The notes under the pieces: generated by a model
Seen by the model: only the letters and a program-made list of their open reading frames with translations
What the model was told of the DNA's origin: nothing
The model's database searches: none
Part shown: one piece after another, positions 11,951 to 25,339 of the stretch
Numbering within the stretch: position 1 is the stretch's first letter
Layout of the letters: every line of letters starts with the position of its first letter
From: Lama guanicoe
Lineage: Eukaryota
Direction: 5' to 3'
NCBI GenBank assembly: GCA_013239625.1
Contig: MU053652.1
Coordinates: forward strand, 5,073,902 to 5,137,901
DNA length: 64,000 bases
Translations under genes and position numbers: made by a program

Positions 11951-14900
11951 GGCTATTGTGTTAATATAGATCTGAGTTGTTGATTGCATGGAGCAGAGTG
12001 AGGGCAAGAGTAATAGGAAAGAATTCTTCAACAAACCACTGCATCACCACCTCATCACTAAACTGCTTTCTCCCAAGGCCTCAAGGGTGGTCAAGGCAGG
12101 ATCAAGCATCCTTCAGTATTTCAGCTCCTGGTGTGAACTAAAGCTATGGATGGCTCCTCCCTGGCTTGTCAGTGACTTTCAGGCTTCCCAGTCCAAGATG
12201 CTTAATACTACTTCTTGAACGATGCTGCAAAAACCAACATACGGACCCATTAAACCTGAATGGCCATGCCTGTAAGGAACATCTGGAACATATCCCGTAT
12301 AAGTGGGGATCGATTCTGATAAGTAAGCAACACAAGTGATTCTGGGGCAAATCTGAGTTTGAAAGCCAGTTTGAAAAAAAATCAGCATCAGTGTTAAGTA
12401 TGTTGGCTTTGAGATGAGAGTAGGACATACAAATGGGAATGAAAGGCAAGTATGCAGTAAGTTGGGGGTAGGAATAAGCAGTGAGAAATTAAAAGTTCAT
12501 AATCATCAGCATTCGGAGGATAGACGAAGCTAAGCATTAACAGCACAGCGGAGGGAAATCATTTACAGACAACAGAAAAAGCAGGATCAAGAAGACTTTT
12601 AGAGAATATGAAGCCAGAGGACTTAAAATCTTTTCTTTTTTTAAAGTATTATATCAAGGCAAGGTATGGCACTTAGAGTACATCCAGTTCCTATTTCTCA
12701 TTTCATCTCTCAAGTTCAGTTCTAAAGACTGACCGTCAACAATGCTGCTGCTGTACAGCATCTTTTCTCTCAAGAAAAACACAATATGGTAATGCTTTGA
12801 GATACATTTACCTAACCTACTTCCAAAACTCATCTTCCTAAATTAACCAAATGGAGAGAAAGTCACCTCAAATTCTCTATTATTATAGAAAGCAGTAAAG
12901 GTGTCTGGTAACGCAGAAAGGACCCTGGCCACGAATATGTAAGCTTTAGAGAAATTCAAGAAACCAGCATATGTGCAGATGTCCTCCGAGGGACACACCA
13001 ATGCAATCACCAGTAGTGTTTCTCTCTCAATGGAATTCCTGCCTGACTGCTGAGCTGGGTGCAAGCTCATTTCCCCCATGGTGAAAACTGCTGTTGAGAT
13101 GCAGAACTCTCCACCATCTGCTACTGAGAATTAGCATAATGACAGATTATCTAATCCCTTACAGTTAACAGATACACGTGGTGCTCTTACAACCCCAGTT
13201 TGGTCGCATCCTCACTCATGTGGGCCTACCCCCACCCTAAAAAAATTGGTCCTCCTACCCTGCTGGTAATGAATCCGGCCTGGAATTTACCCCCAGTCTT
13301 GCCTAAGAGTCCAGGTGCTTGGCCCTGAGAAGCTGTGCTAACTCATTTCCTTCAGGAATGGGAATGCAGCTGTTATTCCAGATGCATATGGAAAGAAAGA
13401 AAAACTGTCTCTAGGAGACCCGCAAAACTACTTGTGCAGGGCAGTGTCTTCAGAAAACAAGACCAGGTTGAAAATTGCAACAGGGTAAGACGAAGCAAAG
13501 GTTAACTTCGTGCTGATCCTGTGGAGTGACAGAAGGAAAAAAGAAAGGCAGAGGAAATTGGGGGGGGGGGGAGTTCAAAAGGACAGATGTCAAAGTTCAT
13601 GTTTTCAAGGAAAGCATCTTTGGGGAAATAGCCGCAAAGTGAGCCTCACTTTCCAAGTCCCGAAATGTGTCCAGCTGATGAAGCCATCAGCGCAGGATTC
13701 CGCTTCAAATCCAGCACTCCTGGGGGACAGGTCGCCCTGGGCTGATAAAGACGCCATGCTCACCTCTTCAGCAGCAGCATGTGGCCTAGGAAAGCCGCCT
13801 ACCCCTCCAGCCATAGCACTCCATCACCTCGCCACCGCAGAGCCAAGATTCATGGCTCCCACAGCAGTCCAGTGTTATCCAATATGCATGAAATCAAAGT
13901 TCTCATCATTTCCAATGGTCAGAGGCCAGTGGGTGTGAAATCCCAGAATACCAGGATTAATGAAGGAGTCATCAGAAACCCAGCATTAAATCACTTTTGT
14001 GGCCAATGCCGAGAGTGATGTCCGTGATACATTACAAGGCTGATTAGAAAGAAACAAGTTCCAATTTAGAAATGAATTACTGGACTAAAAAATAAACTGG
14101 TTGGATGGCTATCACAGCAATTTCGTTATTACAGGGGAAGGCGGGTGGTGACAAATCAGTTATGTCACGAACGGAAAATCACAGGAATCAGAATTCAGGG
14201 GTGAATACTTTCCTAAAGACATAGTAAGAGGAAGAAGGGAGTCCTGACACTCTGGCCAGATTTCACCTCTTTTCCTTTCTCGGTTTTCCTGGTGGTCGGG
14301 GGTAGGGATGGGGTTTGCAGGAGGCGGTGCTATTAATACTTTGTGCCCCGGAGAGAAATTTACTCTAGTTTTATCACAATCACAGTCTGTTTACAGTCCC
14401 GCTGTCCCTGCCGGACTAAGAAAAGTGAACTCATTCTTCAGCTCATGCTTAAATTTTAAAAAGTACACTTTCCAGAAAAAAGACGACCCAGCTATGAACA
14501 TAGAGGGTAAGCTGTGGAGAGGGCTGCATAGGGCAGGGGGAAATGGGTGCTGACCCTCGTCAACTCTCTTCTAATCCACAACGAACACGGCCTTATTGCT
14601 GAGCACAATCTGTCAACGTGAGAAACAAAGCCCTCAACTAGTGCTCTGAAGATAAAGTGGGGTGGAAAACATGCAAGAGGCAAAGTGGGCAAGGTATGAC
14701 CTCCCTACACACTACATACAACTTTCCTGATTTTCCAGATGGGAAAAAACACACCCTCCAGAGACTCTTACTTACTTTTATGGATCTACCTTAGGACAGT
14801 GCACTGATAAGAAAAATATGTGCCCCTCAAGTTCTATTCAAGCTCGGGCTAAGAGGATCCCTTTACAGGCAACGATTTCCAACTACAGCCTCTCAACCCA

Positions 14901-17900
14901 CAGAGTTCATCAACGCAGGACAAGGTATGGAAAACAATTCCAACTATCCAAACCAAAATAGGAATAATTGTTGTTGACTCTTCCAACCCACTGGAAGAAC
15001 AAGACTGGTATCTCTCCCTGAAAACCATCTCTAAGACCAGGTGATATAATTCAAATACTTCTCTCTCATAATCGGGCTGACAGTCAAAATATTTAACATT
15101 ACAGTACTGGCTACTTTGTTATCCCCATGAATACTAGCTGAATATAAGCCCTGTTCATAAACTGAAAGGCAGGAAGGAAAACAGCCAGGGTCATAAATGG
15201 GGTTATATCTAGAAGGGCATCAACAGAAAAGCAAATCACTTGAGGATATTATTTTGGATTAAAGGCTTCCAAATAATTATGCCTCGGTCATCAAAATACA
15301 CACTGTTAATTGCAGATCCATCAGTCTACCCCACAAAATAGAGCACAGAAAACTCTAGGGCCTCTTAAGATATTTAAATGTGGGCTTGAGTCTTTAATAA
15401 ACCCCACAACTGGCATTTATTAAGTCTAACAAATGGATACATTATCCTTGAATTTTTTTTGTTTCCCCAAAGATACAGTTCTGGTTAGTTAATTGCTCCG
15501 GTCAAGTCTGATTTTGCAAATCCACAGACTTCCAAGTGAACCTAGTGTTTATGATGAAGAGCCTGAGGAAGGAAGGCTACGCAAAAGGAAAAACCCACAC
15601 CAAGCCTTAAAGCCAAGATTTTAACACTCCCTTTTAGGAACCTGACGACAGGTTTAATAGAATTTTACATTGCCAAGAAGACATCCATTAAGGAGGCGTA
15701 ATATTAGCAATACTGTTTATGCCACTTTCTCCTTCAATAAAGGCCAGATTAGGGCCTTAGGAAACGAGGGTGAATGACGTGCCAAGGACACTCTACAAGC
15801 TGGAGGCAGAGCTAGAAATAACCATCATCCCCTTCGACTTCACGTTACTCTGCCAATCTGCACTCTTCAGAAGCAGAGCTGGTATGACAGAAGTTAGTGG
15901 AGGGACACGGCTGAGCTTACGGACTGAAAGGGAACTGAGAAAATACACATCTGTGAGGTTACTTCTATTCTTCCTATTACCTATAGCCGTACTTATCTGA
16001 GAGTAGATGGGAATGTGGGTTTTGGAACCTCCTGCTTCCTCCAGACTTCCTTTCATGGCGCTTATTAATATTGGCAGCACGTTAGCATCACCATTCAAAA
16101 TAACTATGCCAGTAAAGCCAGAATCTCTAGGGGTAAAGATCAGTATTTTTAAACTGTTTAAAACAACAAATACGAGCACCTAGATTTTAAATATAGGGCA
16201 CCATTGCTTTTTTAAGAGCCCCAAGTGGTTCTACCATGTAGTTTTATGAAAAACTGTCCAGACAACTAATATATTCTCCTTTTCAAGAATTTAAGGGGCT
16301 AAGAATGACTGAATACAACTCAAGGCCCCCAGAATTATAAATGTGTCGAAGAACCTGGCATTCCCCAAAGAACAAGAACATAGGAACTGTGGGTAGGGGA
16401 GAGACCCAACTTTGGAACTGGTTCAGAATGGCAAAGTCATCCCTAGTGGTTCTGTTTAGGTCATAGGAAGACAAGGACGCCGTTATGGGAGCAACCAGGG
16501 AGGAATCTCTCCTCTTTGTCTCTTTAGAACAGAACTGCCAGTTGCCATGCTGCATTTTCTAGGCAGCTGTGATGACAAGAGCCCCATCGAAAATGTAGGC
16601 ATCACTTGGGGAGGGGGAGTTCCCCACCTCTCAGAGGAATAAGGGACAAATAAGCAAACGCGTGGCCATTATGACAAAACCAGGCCTACGTATCCAGTTT
16701 ATTATTAGCCTGACATTAAACACCACTTAAAAACAAAACAAAACCACCCACCCACACAAACACACACCCAAGACAGAAAATTACATAATGGCATCTGGAA
16801 TGATCTGCTTTGACAGTATAAGGAGAACCAGCCAAATCACAGAGGGGTCCAGCAGAGACCAAAATGGGGATGGGGCAGCCCTGGAAAGTCTTTTTTCAAG
16901 TCCTCTATAGTTTCTGCATGCATTGTTTAGAGGAAGGAATTCAAAATAATACTCTAGATTCTGGAAGGCTGTCACTCTGTTCTGAGAAATATCAAGCCAC
17001 TATTAACTGGAAGAATAACCACCTTCTTCTACCAAGTCCAGTCATTCTACGTTAAGTCAGGAGAAGGCTGTCTTGGCACAGGTTGCTTCTTGGGGTGGAA
17101 GCTCACGAGAAGTTCTCTCATATGGGTCAGAAAGGGAAAACGGGCCCAGTAAGAATTCTCCTAATGGCCCTGTTACGGCTTCAACATCTCCAAATCCTAC
17201 CATGCATAACCCAGCCAGCTGGCACCACAGGAAGAGACGAGTTGTGTTTTTTTCCCCAGAACCCATTAGCCACTGGACCAAGCCCAACATCAGTGCGGAT
17301 AAGGTCTAGAATGTGGCAGGGGCTTTAGACTTCCACCACATAAACAAAACAGACAACCACTGCAGGTAAAAGCTCTAGAAATGAGTTTCCACTTATGAAA
17401 TGACCTAAGTCAAAACAAAGATGTTTTCTGGTGGCCAACTTTTTCCTAAGAATTAGAAGACAGTTTTGTGGGTTTTTTTGGTTTTTTTTAACTAAATGAT
17501 TCTTAGGTTCGGTACAAGCAACAAATGAGCCCAGCAACATGGTAAGGGTTTTGAAATTTCCTCCTCTCCCCATCCCTTTGGGGAGAGACGGGTTATTTTG
17601 GTTCCTTATTGTGAAATACAGTAAGCCATTCCAGAGCCTTGGTGGTCAACCCTCACTCAAATGGTCTCACCTCTCCATAACCACAGCCTGTGCTCAGTGA
17701 CATACGAAGGAACCCAGTTTCAAAGGAAAGTTTCTCAGAAAGTGTGACAAGGATAAATGCTTTACATAGGTGCTCCTTACTTTAAGGGGAAAATAGGGGA
17801 TTCTGCAGTCAATGTCAAGATGATTTTTGTTTTGGAAGGAAGAGGGATGGTGTAAGAACTGCAATGTAATTAATTCCCCTTGCCGCTGACCTGATACGTG

Positions 17901-18179
17901 ACGGTTTATAAATCACAATTGTAACACAACAGAAGCTCACATTAAGGCAGTTGTTTGCTGAATCACAGCAGATATATAAACAGGTAGATCAGAAAGCCAA
18001 AAGGCTCCACGTAAAACCCACACTAGAAACTTGATTAAAGGCAGTCCCAGGTTTCCTTTGCCCTTTATGAAGTACATATCATTAAACATCTCCAAATTCT
18101 AACATGTATGTTGCCCTTTAAGGTCCAGATATTTACTAAATCCCTCCACGTTCCACTTGCTGTAAACAAACACTGACGG

Positions 18180-18222
18180 CAAAAACAAAAACAAAAACAA
18201 AAACAAAAACAAAAACACAAAA
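18180..18222 (+). repeat. (CAAAAA)n microsatellite
   Basis: About 6 perfect units read directly. Confidence 0.95.
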
Positions 18223-18529
18223 GCATCACAGCAAAGAGGATCATTCTACAAGATCCAAAAAACCTGACTTACAGTAAGACTTTTAAGATGGGGTTACCGA
18301 CTAGCAGCATTTCTCAAAAGAGTCAGTAGCCCTCTGCCTTTTAAATGTTTCATACATACAGGTAGGAAATAGGTACATGCAAGCAAGGACACCCAGGTAG
18401 GCTGCTTGCTAGCACACCTCTTGGTTTAAAAGGTATCACTCAATAAACTGTTTTCACTAAGGAATAAATATTGTCCCTATTCAATGGTAAATGTATGTTG
18501 AACCTCTTGAGACACTAAAAATTACTCAT

Positions 18530-18698
18530 TGTAATAGCTCAGTAGTAGAGGGCATGCTTGGTTAGCATGCACAAGGTCCTGGGTTCAAGCCCCAGAACCT
18601 CCATTAAAAAATTAGTAAAGAAACCTAATTACCTCCCCCTCGAAACAAAACATAGAAACATAATTGAAGAAATCACTAAATAAAGATGGTATTTTAAG
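18530..18698 (+). mobile_element. Camelid Vic-1-type tRNA-Ala-derived SINE with TSD
   Basis: tagctcagtagtagag...agcatgcacaaggtcctgggttcaagcccc...aaacctaattacctccccc followed by an A-rich tail. Flanking direct repeat aaattactcat at 18519-18529 and 18699-18709. Confidence 0.85.
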
Positions 18699-19199
18699 AA
18701 ATTACTCATGAATTTCTACTTCTACCTTTATGGAAGTACTTATTAGTCATCACTGCCTTAGGTGAACAGAGTATACACTGAATATTTAGAAGGAAAATTT
18801 AGTGGCAACTGAAAAAATGAGAAAAGAGATAAATCCAAAACCAAAGTGTCTGCCAAGGAACAACTGCAATGGACCAGTACAACAAAATCTAACCACAATC
18901 CAACGTGGCTTTTTTTTTTTAACTAACCTTTGAGCATGTTCTGCATACCATTTTCTGTATCTTAATCAAGCTAATCTGTGAGGAAGAAATATTATCAGTG
19001 GCTAGGCTTGGGGGGGCAAGGAGGATGAGATCATGAAAAGTTAAGAGGATGGAACAGAAAAACATTCAAGAACAATCTTGAAAAAGGAAAATGCTGCGTG
19101 AAAAATGGCCAGAGATGTAGGAGAGGTGACAAAGAGAAAAGACAGAAGAGACGTCTAGACTTGAAATTAGGTCAGTGACCAGTTCAGAGGCCGGGCTTA

Positions 19200-19420
19200 G
19201 GGTTCATTTAAGTACTTGATAATCATGTAAACACTTCAAATGCACTAGCACATTTAATCCTCACAACAGTCCTATGAGTGCAGTATCATGATACCTAACT
19301 TCCAGAAGAAAAAACTAAGGCCCAAGGGTGCACAGCCTTCAGGGAGCAGAGCGGAGGCTGAATCTCAAGTGTGTGTACCTCTGAAGCCTACTTTAAAAAC
19401 ATGTCCACAGCATCTTCAGA
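19200..19420 (-). mobile_element. MIR SINE
   Basis: catttaatcctcacaacagtcctatgag...gaaaaaactaaggcccaag. Confidence 0.7.
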
Positions 19421-19894
19421 TCCAACAATAGCGAGCCTTCATCTCAACACTATGCTAAACAGTCAAAGTTCTCCTGTTCCTGAATTAAATTCTTAAAAAA
19501 ATAACCAGTACTCAAAGGGAATAATCTCCAAACAAGTTATATTGGCATGATGAAATAATGGGTGATTTCCAGCCCCCTCATCTTCTAAACTTTTGAAAAT
19601 GTTACAATTTATTTTTACTTATGTTAAAAAAAAAAACCAAACAAAAATCACTCAGTATGAACTGGAACAAATCCCTGTTAAGTGGCATCACCACTGGGAG
19701 ATAGAAAAATCTGTAAAACTCCATTCCTATTTCCCTCAACACTCTGTTCTGTGCTGACCACAGGAATTGTAAAGAGAAAGGGGCTGAGAAATGGCATGAA
19801 AAGACACACAATTTGTCCTTATTGGTAACCATGTCAAATGTCCCCTCTCCTTATCACATCAGTCGCACTATCCGAAGGAATAAAGGAAGAATGC

Positions 19895-21950
19895 TTGAGG
19901 GAGGTCGGAATGGCAGATTGAGAACTTCTGTCCACATGGCTTTCTTTACAAGGTCCCACTGAAATGACAGTAAAGACAGATATGCACAAGAATAAAGCCC
20001 TAACGGTGCTGGAAAATAAGAAAGCGTGTTAACAGCATATCAGAAAGTCTGCACAAATTCTGAAAGACAGAAAGCAGATGGGATCAGATTGGTGGCGAAT
20101 CGGGGGCGCCTCAAGGGCCTTTATTGACACAATGAGTGGGCTTTGGGAACATCACCAGAGCAATTAATCAGGAACAGCATTCAGAAGAGCTGGGCTGGCC
20201 GGCCTTCCCCATCCGCCCCTGTGATCCCCACAGTGTTGCTGGGAGCGGAGTTTTGACCTTCGGTGAAAGAAAAATACTCTGCCTAGCAAGTTCAGGCAAT
20301 TCTTCCATCACATACTTGCATGTATGATCCTGAGCAGATCACATCCCCCCAAAGCACCAAAAACCCTCAACAAACAGAGTTACAGGCAGACCATTTAACC
20401 CCTGTGGAAATTCCTAGCTTAAGCACCAGCAAAAAACAACCCTAATAAAAATGGCTCACAATTAAAATCTCTAACCGCATTGCAGCCTTGAACTTGGGCG
20501 CTCATGCCTCCTCCTCCATCTAGAGCAGGCGCTACAGGGCTTTGTTTTCAATAGAGACCATTTCAATCAAAACAAAGTCTGATGCAGTGTGTGGCCTTCA
20601 TTGATCCACTGTTTTCATTCTGGAAAAAGTGTCTTTGCAGCTTTTCTGACTGCACCTGCAGGTTGCTCCTGAGCTTAACGTAGCGAAAAGCATAAAGGTT
20701 CTTGAAGCCACTCAAGTAGTCGTGACTTACACTAAAGGAAGTTATTGCTCTAGATTTCTCAACTTCACATTTTTAGGTTTTTCTTAAGTCTTTATGTATT
20801 GATAAGTCTCTTCCTTTAAGAGTAAGAAAGTTTACCCCTTATTGTTTTAATACTTTAATGTATTTGGACCATGTTACTTACAAACCAACAGGACTTGAAC
20901 ATAGCTCCTTAAATGTAGAACAAAAATGCAAAGGTTTTAAAAATGGGAAGAAAAGTTAGAGATGTGAATCATAAGATACAATACTGCAAAAGAAAGAAAA
21001 TAATTCAAGAAGCAACAATAAAAAAGCCTCTTTGAAGACATTAATGTTCAGAGTTGAAAAGCCAATTGAGTATGCAGCCAAAAGGACAAATCTAGAAATA
21101 TTTTAATAATATTTTGGAAAACCAATGATAAATTGAAAATTGTAAAAATACTTCCAGATCTGGGGGTGGGGGAGGGGAACCTACTACATTTAGAGAAATA
21201 GAAATTGAACTTCTCAAACATTGCTGAAGCAACAGAACCCATCATCTTCAAAGTTTTCAGGAAAATAATTTTGAAGCTAGAATTTTATAATGAAACAAAT
21301 TGAGAATACAGACAAAATTCAGATATTTTCAGACATTCAGAAACTTTACCATGCAACACATGAGAAAAAAAATCAAGATTCTTCAACAAATGAAAGGAAA
21401 AATCACAAAAGGAATGACTTGAGATACAGCGGCAACTGCATATGAAGAAGTACAAAAAGGAAAAATAGACACACATACACACACAGAATTAATTCAACAT
21501 TTCTCTGGGGATTTAATGGCATAGATTTTTCTATAGGTCTGATCACATTACTATACTTTTGGGTCCAACAGTAACACATACACAGTCCTAACTGCTATGG
21601 GGGGTGGGGAAGGATAGGTTTAAATATTTACGATCAACTTAACAAGCCAAGGTTAGAAGACAATTACACTGATAGCAGAGAAATTGAATAAATGCTATAA
21701 ATTTTGATAAAAGCAAAAAATTCACTTTTTAAAAAGAATAAGAAAAAGTGTAAGCATTCTAATTTCCTAATCTTTCAGAGTAGAAGGTACATAAATACTA
21801 TATAAAGTTAAACAGAAACCCGAAGATCATAAAGTTCACCAGTGGTAAAATAAAGATAAGAAAACTAAGGGTTTAAGAGTAGAATTAATAATGCATATAC
21901 ATTAAAAAGCGAATATACTATATAAAGCTAAAAATTTAAACGTTAATAGT
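19895..21950 (+). mobile_element. Ancient L1-like element (HAL1/L1ME-type 5' end and ORF1 remnant), interrupted at about 20480-20890
   Basis: A-rich decayed ORF1-like motifs (gtagaacaaaaatgcaaag, aaataattcaagaa, tcttcaaagttttcaggaaaataattttgaagctagaattttata). Confidence 0.55.
20481..20830 (-). mobile_element. Decayed TcMar-Tigger/pogo transposase fragment (CENP-B-type HTH into the start of the DDE domain)
   Basis: Manual translation, with stops and frameshifts: LKGRDLSIHKDLRKT*..FSVSHDYLSGFKNLYAFRYVKL..AGA..KAAKTLFPE*KQWINEGHTLHQ..FD..NGLY*KQSP..EEEA*APKFKAA. This parallels the Tigger motifs F.AS.GW..FK.R / GEAASAD..AA / N.DETGL.WK.MP / EE..APGFKAAK. Confidence 0.75.
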
Positions 21951-24900
21951 GTTGATTTATAAAATTATAAGGATAACCCTCCAAAACAGTGAAAAGCAGA
22001 CACTGCAGAAGGCATCCAGTCCTCTGTCCGGGAGGCAGGAGCCAGGTACGTGGTTCTTTAGGTCCCTAAGAGGACATGGAGCAGGACGGGGACCATGGCG
22101 AGCTGTTGGGATTCAGAGCTCTACTAACACTGAATGACCCAAGATCTGTAATGTGAGCAGGACAAGGACAAATGGCTTCAGAGGGTGGTCACCTGAGTAT
22201 TTCATTCTGTCTACTGACAGTGTAAGTTACTGACTCATCTAAAAATTGAAGATATAAGAGGAATTATCTTTCATTTATATTTTAACCTGTTTCTGAGTGA
22301 TCAATTTGTTCAAAGTCCCTGGCAAGATCTGAATAGAACAGAACCTTTTCTGGTACCATTTAAATGAAGAACAAGGTTTGTGGGCAGCAAGGCCAGATAC
22401 CCAACAAGGACTCTTGATGGCTCAGCAACCTAAGCCAAGAATCCTGAGAAAGAAGGGCAGCCAGGAGAGCCTCAGCACACGGGAACGCCTGAGGTTGTGT
22501 CTGTGGCTACATTCCCAGTGCCTGGCACACAGTAGGCCCACAACAAATACTTTGTGAATAAACACATCAATCTGTTGTTCTTAGCAGATGATACAGGAGC
22601 AGTAACCTGTCCCCTCTCTGGGCCCAGTCCCCAAGTGAGCTATTTTGAGGGCTCACAGAAATCAGAAGAGTAACATTTCTACTTTTTCCAAACGAGACCT
22701 CTAAGATTATTCTGAACACTATCCGTATCTCTAAACTTTCTAGAATGTTCCTCCATGATGATGAGCTCCCCTTATTTGAAGAAAAGCCTCACTTTCTCCC
22801 AGGCTCTCAATGGTATACTTTGTGAGATAGACTGGGGGGGCAGGCAGGGGGCACTTCCCAATGATAGGCTCAGTAAATACCACCATCCACTACTTGGCAT
22901 TCTAACTCAACTGATACTGAAAAAAAGGACAAAGGAAAAGGGGAGAAAGAACACTCTTGCTAAGCAAAGGATTCTGCTGATTTGTAAGATCTGTGCCCCA
23001 TTATGAAAAGCTTAATTGAACTTCCATATAGTGATGATGGTACTACAATAATCTGAAACTGTCTCGTCTTAAAAAAAAAAAAAAAGACTCAGCAGCATGA
23101 GATTCCCATAAATAGACAGCCACAAAACGTCTGAGTCAAAGATCTGTCAGAAACTAAACAGTGTTTTCCTGACTCCCACCCAAACCCTTTGAGACAAACA
23201 AGTTCCTTCTTACGGTGCTTTATGGGGCCGGTCTCTTGATAGGATCACTGTACTTGAGCCAGCAGGAAAACAGGTCTAGTTATTCCACTATTTCTTTCCA
23301 AAGTATTCTAAATGCCACTGATGTTTCCAATGTCAGAATGGTCGATAGGCAGAATTCTACTATTCGACATAGCAGAAGGAGCACAATTTCATAAATCAAG
23401 CAGCCTATGATGCCCAGAAAACAATCTAAGGTGCTCTTTTCAGAGGTGAAGGTTGGTTGCGTGTTTATGATTTAGGTAGGGGGAGGAACGCTTACTCTGA
23501 TGTCTTCTTTTTCCTTCAGAGCAGGAAAAGCTGTGTGTGTGTCAGGGGGGAGTACTCCACTAAAGTTGATGAAGTGTAAGCAATAAATCTGTGCAGAAAA
23601 GCAGTGGCTACAACCCAAATACTACCTCCTGGCCAAGCCACTGAAATTACTACTACCTCAGGTACAGAAAGAGCATCTCTTCAGGATTCTGGGGGCCACC
23701 TGGTGAACAAGAGCACAAGGGTAGAAAATAGGGTTTCAGGAAGCCATGTTCTTCCTATGCTGAATTTGCAAGTCAGGTTTTAAGATCTGGCCTGACAGCG
23801 AAAGCTTTAAAGCCACAGAACTCAAGCCAGAAAAGCTAGGGGCTGAATGACACTTATTCCTGCTATGGCTGAGAAAAACTGAACGAGGATTAGAAAAGCA
23901 TTATTCTAGAAGAAAGACAAGACCTAACCTCATGCTTCAGTCACTAATAGAACAGCCGAGGAAAGAAGTATCCCTGCAAATTGAACCAATAAAGAGGAAG
24001 AATAACCAAAAACAAAAGTCTGATTCCTCGCTAGTGTAATATATAAATGTATAAATGTAGAGTAATATATACAGTGATCTATGTAAATACAGTGCTCTGT
24101 GTAAATGTAATAAAGACAAACTATCTGTGAAGAGGCCAAAGGGACGTAAAGGAAGTTCATAAACATGGCTGTGCATCTGTGACGTAATAATCATTACAGC
24201 AGAGAGGTAACTAAGATGTCCCGGGACCAACAGACCTTCCATAATACCTCTGGTACTAAGAACCCCATGGATGGCAGTGGCTTTGCATGGATGGGATGGG
24301 GAATAGAAATGGTCAGGGCAGGGGAGCAGCAGACTGAAATAATGTTTCAAAAAACTGCTGTCACAAAATCCAAATCACCTCTCAAAAAACTGATCTTGTG
24401 CAGAAGACAAGCATTTTCCAACTGTTCCTACTCCCCAGGTTCCACCTCTGTGCCATCTATCACTTTTCAAAATGGGCCATGTCTGTCGTCCCCCACTGTT
24501 GTGAAATACTTCACATAATGAGAAGCAAAGGGGCAGTACCTCAGTGACAATGTATCTACTGGGTAAGTGATAATTTTCCAGGGATGGGGGATGGGGTGGT
24601 GGCATTTATGAGTGTCTATGTGAGAGGCTTGACCCCAAGTTATATTTTTAGGTGCCCCTCTATAGATGTGAATGATTCTTTAAACACTTTTCTTCTCAAT
24701 GTGATGGACGAAAAGACATAGGCAACGAGTTAATAGATTCTATGTGTTCACCAAATTGGAGCTCAAAGTAAATGTGGAGTCCAGCACAAGTAAAGGTCAC
24801 CCACAGAACTCTCACTCTTCAAGAAGGCTCTGGCAATAACCAAAGAATGAGATTTTAATCACTGAAGCTAATTACATAGAAGACTAAATCACAGGAAGAG

Positions 24901-25339
24901 TTATTTAAGTGTCTTAAATACAATAAAAAGTAATTAACAGGAAGCGCCATCTTGACAGCTTCATGTCACAATCCAGGCCTGAAAGGATCAGCTAATTCCC
25001 AACCTGGGAGCCAGAGAACGAGAAACAACTCAAAGTTTGATCTTTTTATTTTTTATTTAAACTGTTTTGATTAACAGATAACAACTCTTGCCAACTCTGT
25101 AGTGAAGTTAATCAAGAAAAAATTTTAATCTACTAGAGGAATGACGCTTTCATTGATTCCCCAGAGGGCAAGAGACGGGGAGCTGAAGACTATGTCACAC
25201 CAGAGAGGTCACCCCAAGGCCATGTGACTCGACTTCCTCTCGGACAGCAAGATGAAGCAGAAGGATTAGACCTAACCCTACTGAGGATACAGATAATCCA
25301 CACACTTCGGCATGTGAAATACATTTAAAAATCTGCTTC

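Noticed and set aside
13636-13652. 8-bp inverted repeat aaagtgag-c-ctcacttt
   Set aside because: Expected by chance in 64 kb and too short for a pre-miRNA.
13764-13785. Possible 22-nt exon with GAG|GTGAGC donor
   Set aside because: The pyrimidine tract is very short and preceded by G-rich sequence, so chance-level.
13510-13938. 142-aa plus-strand ORF
   Set aside because: No recognisable homology, GTG start, runs through a poly-G tract.
24069-24104. 18-bp tandem duplicate with 2 mismatches
   Set aside because: Ordinary slippage in AT-rich sequence.
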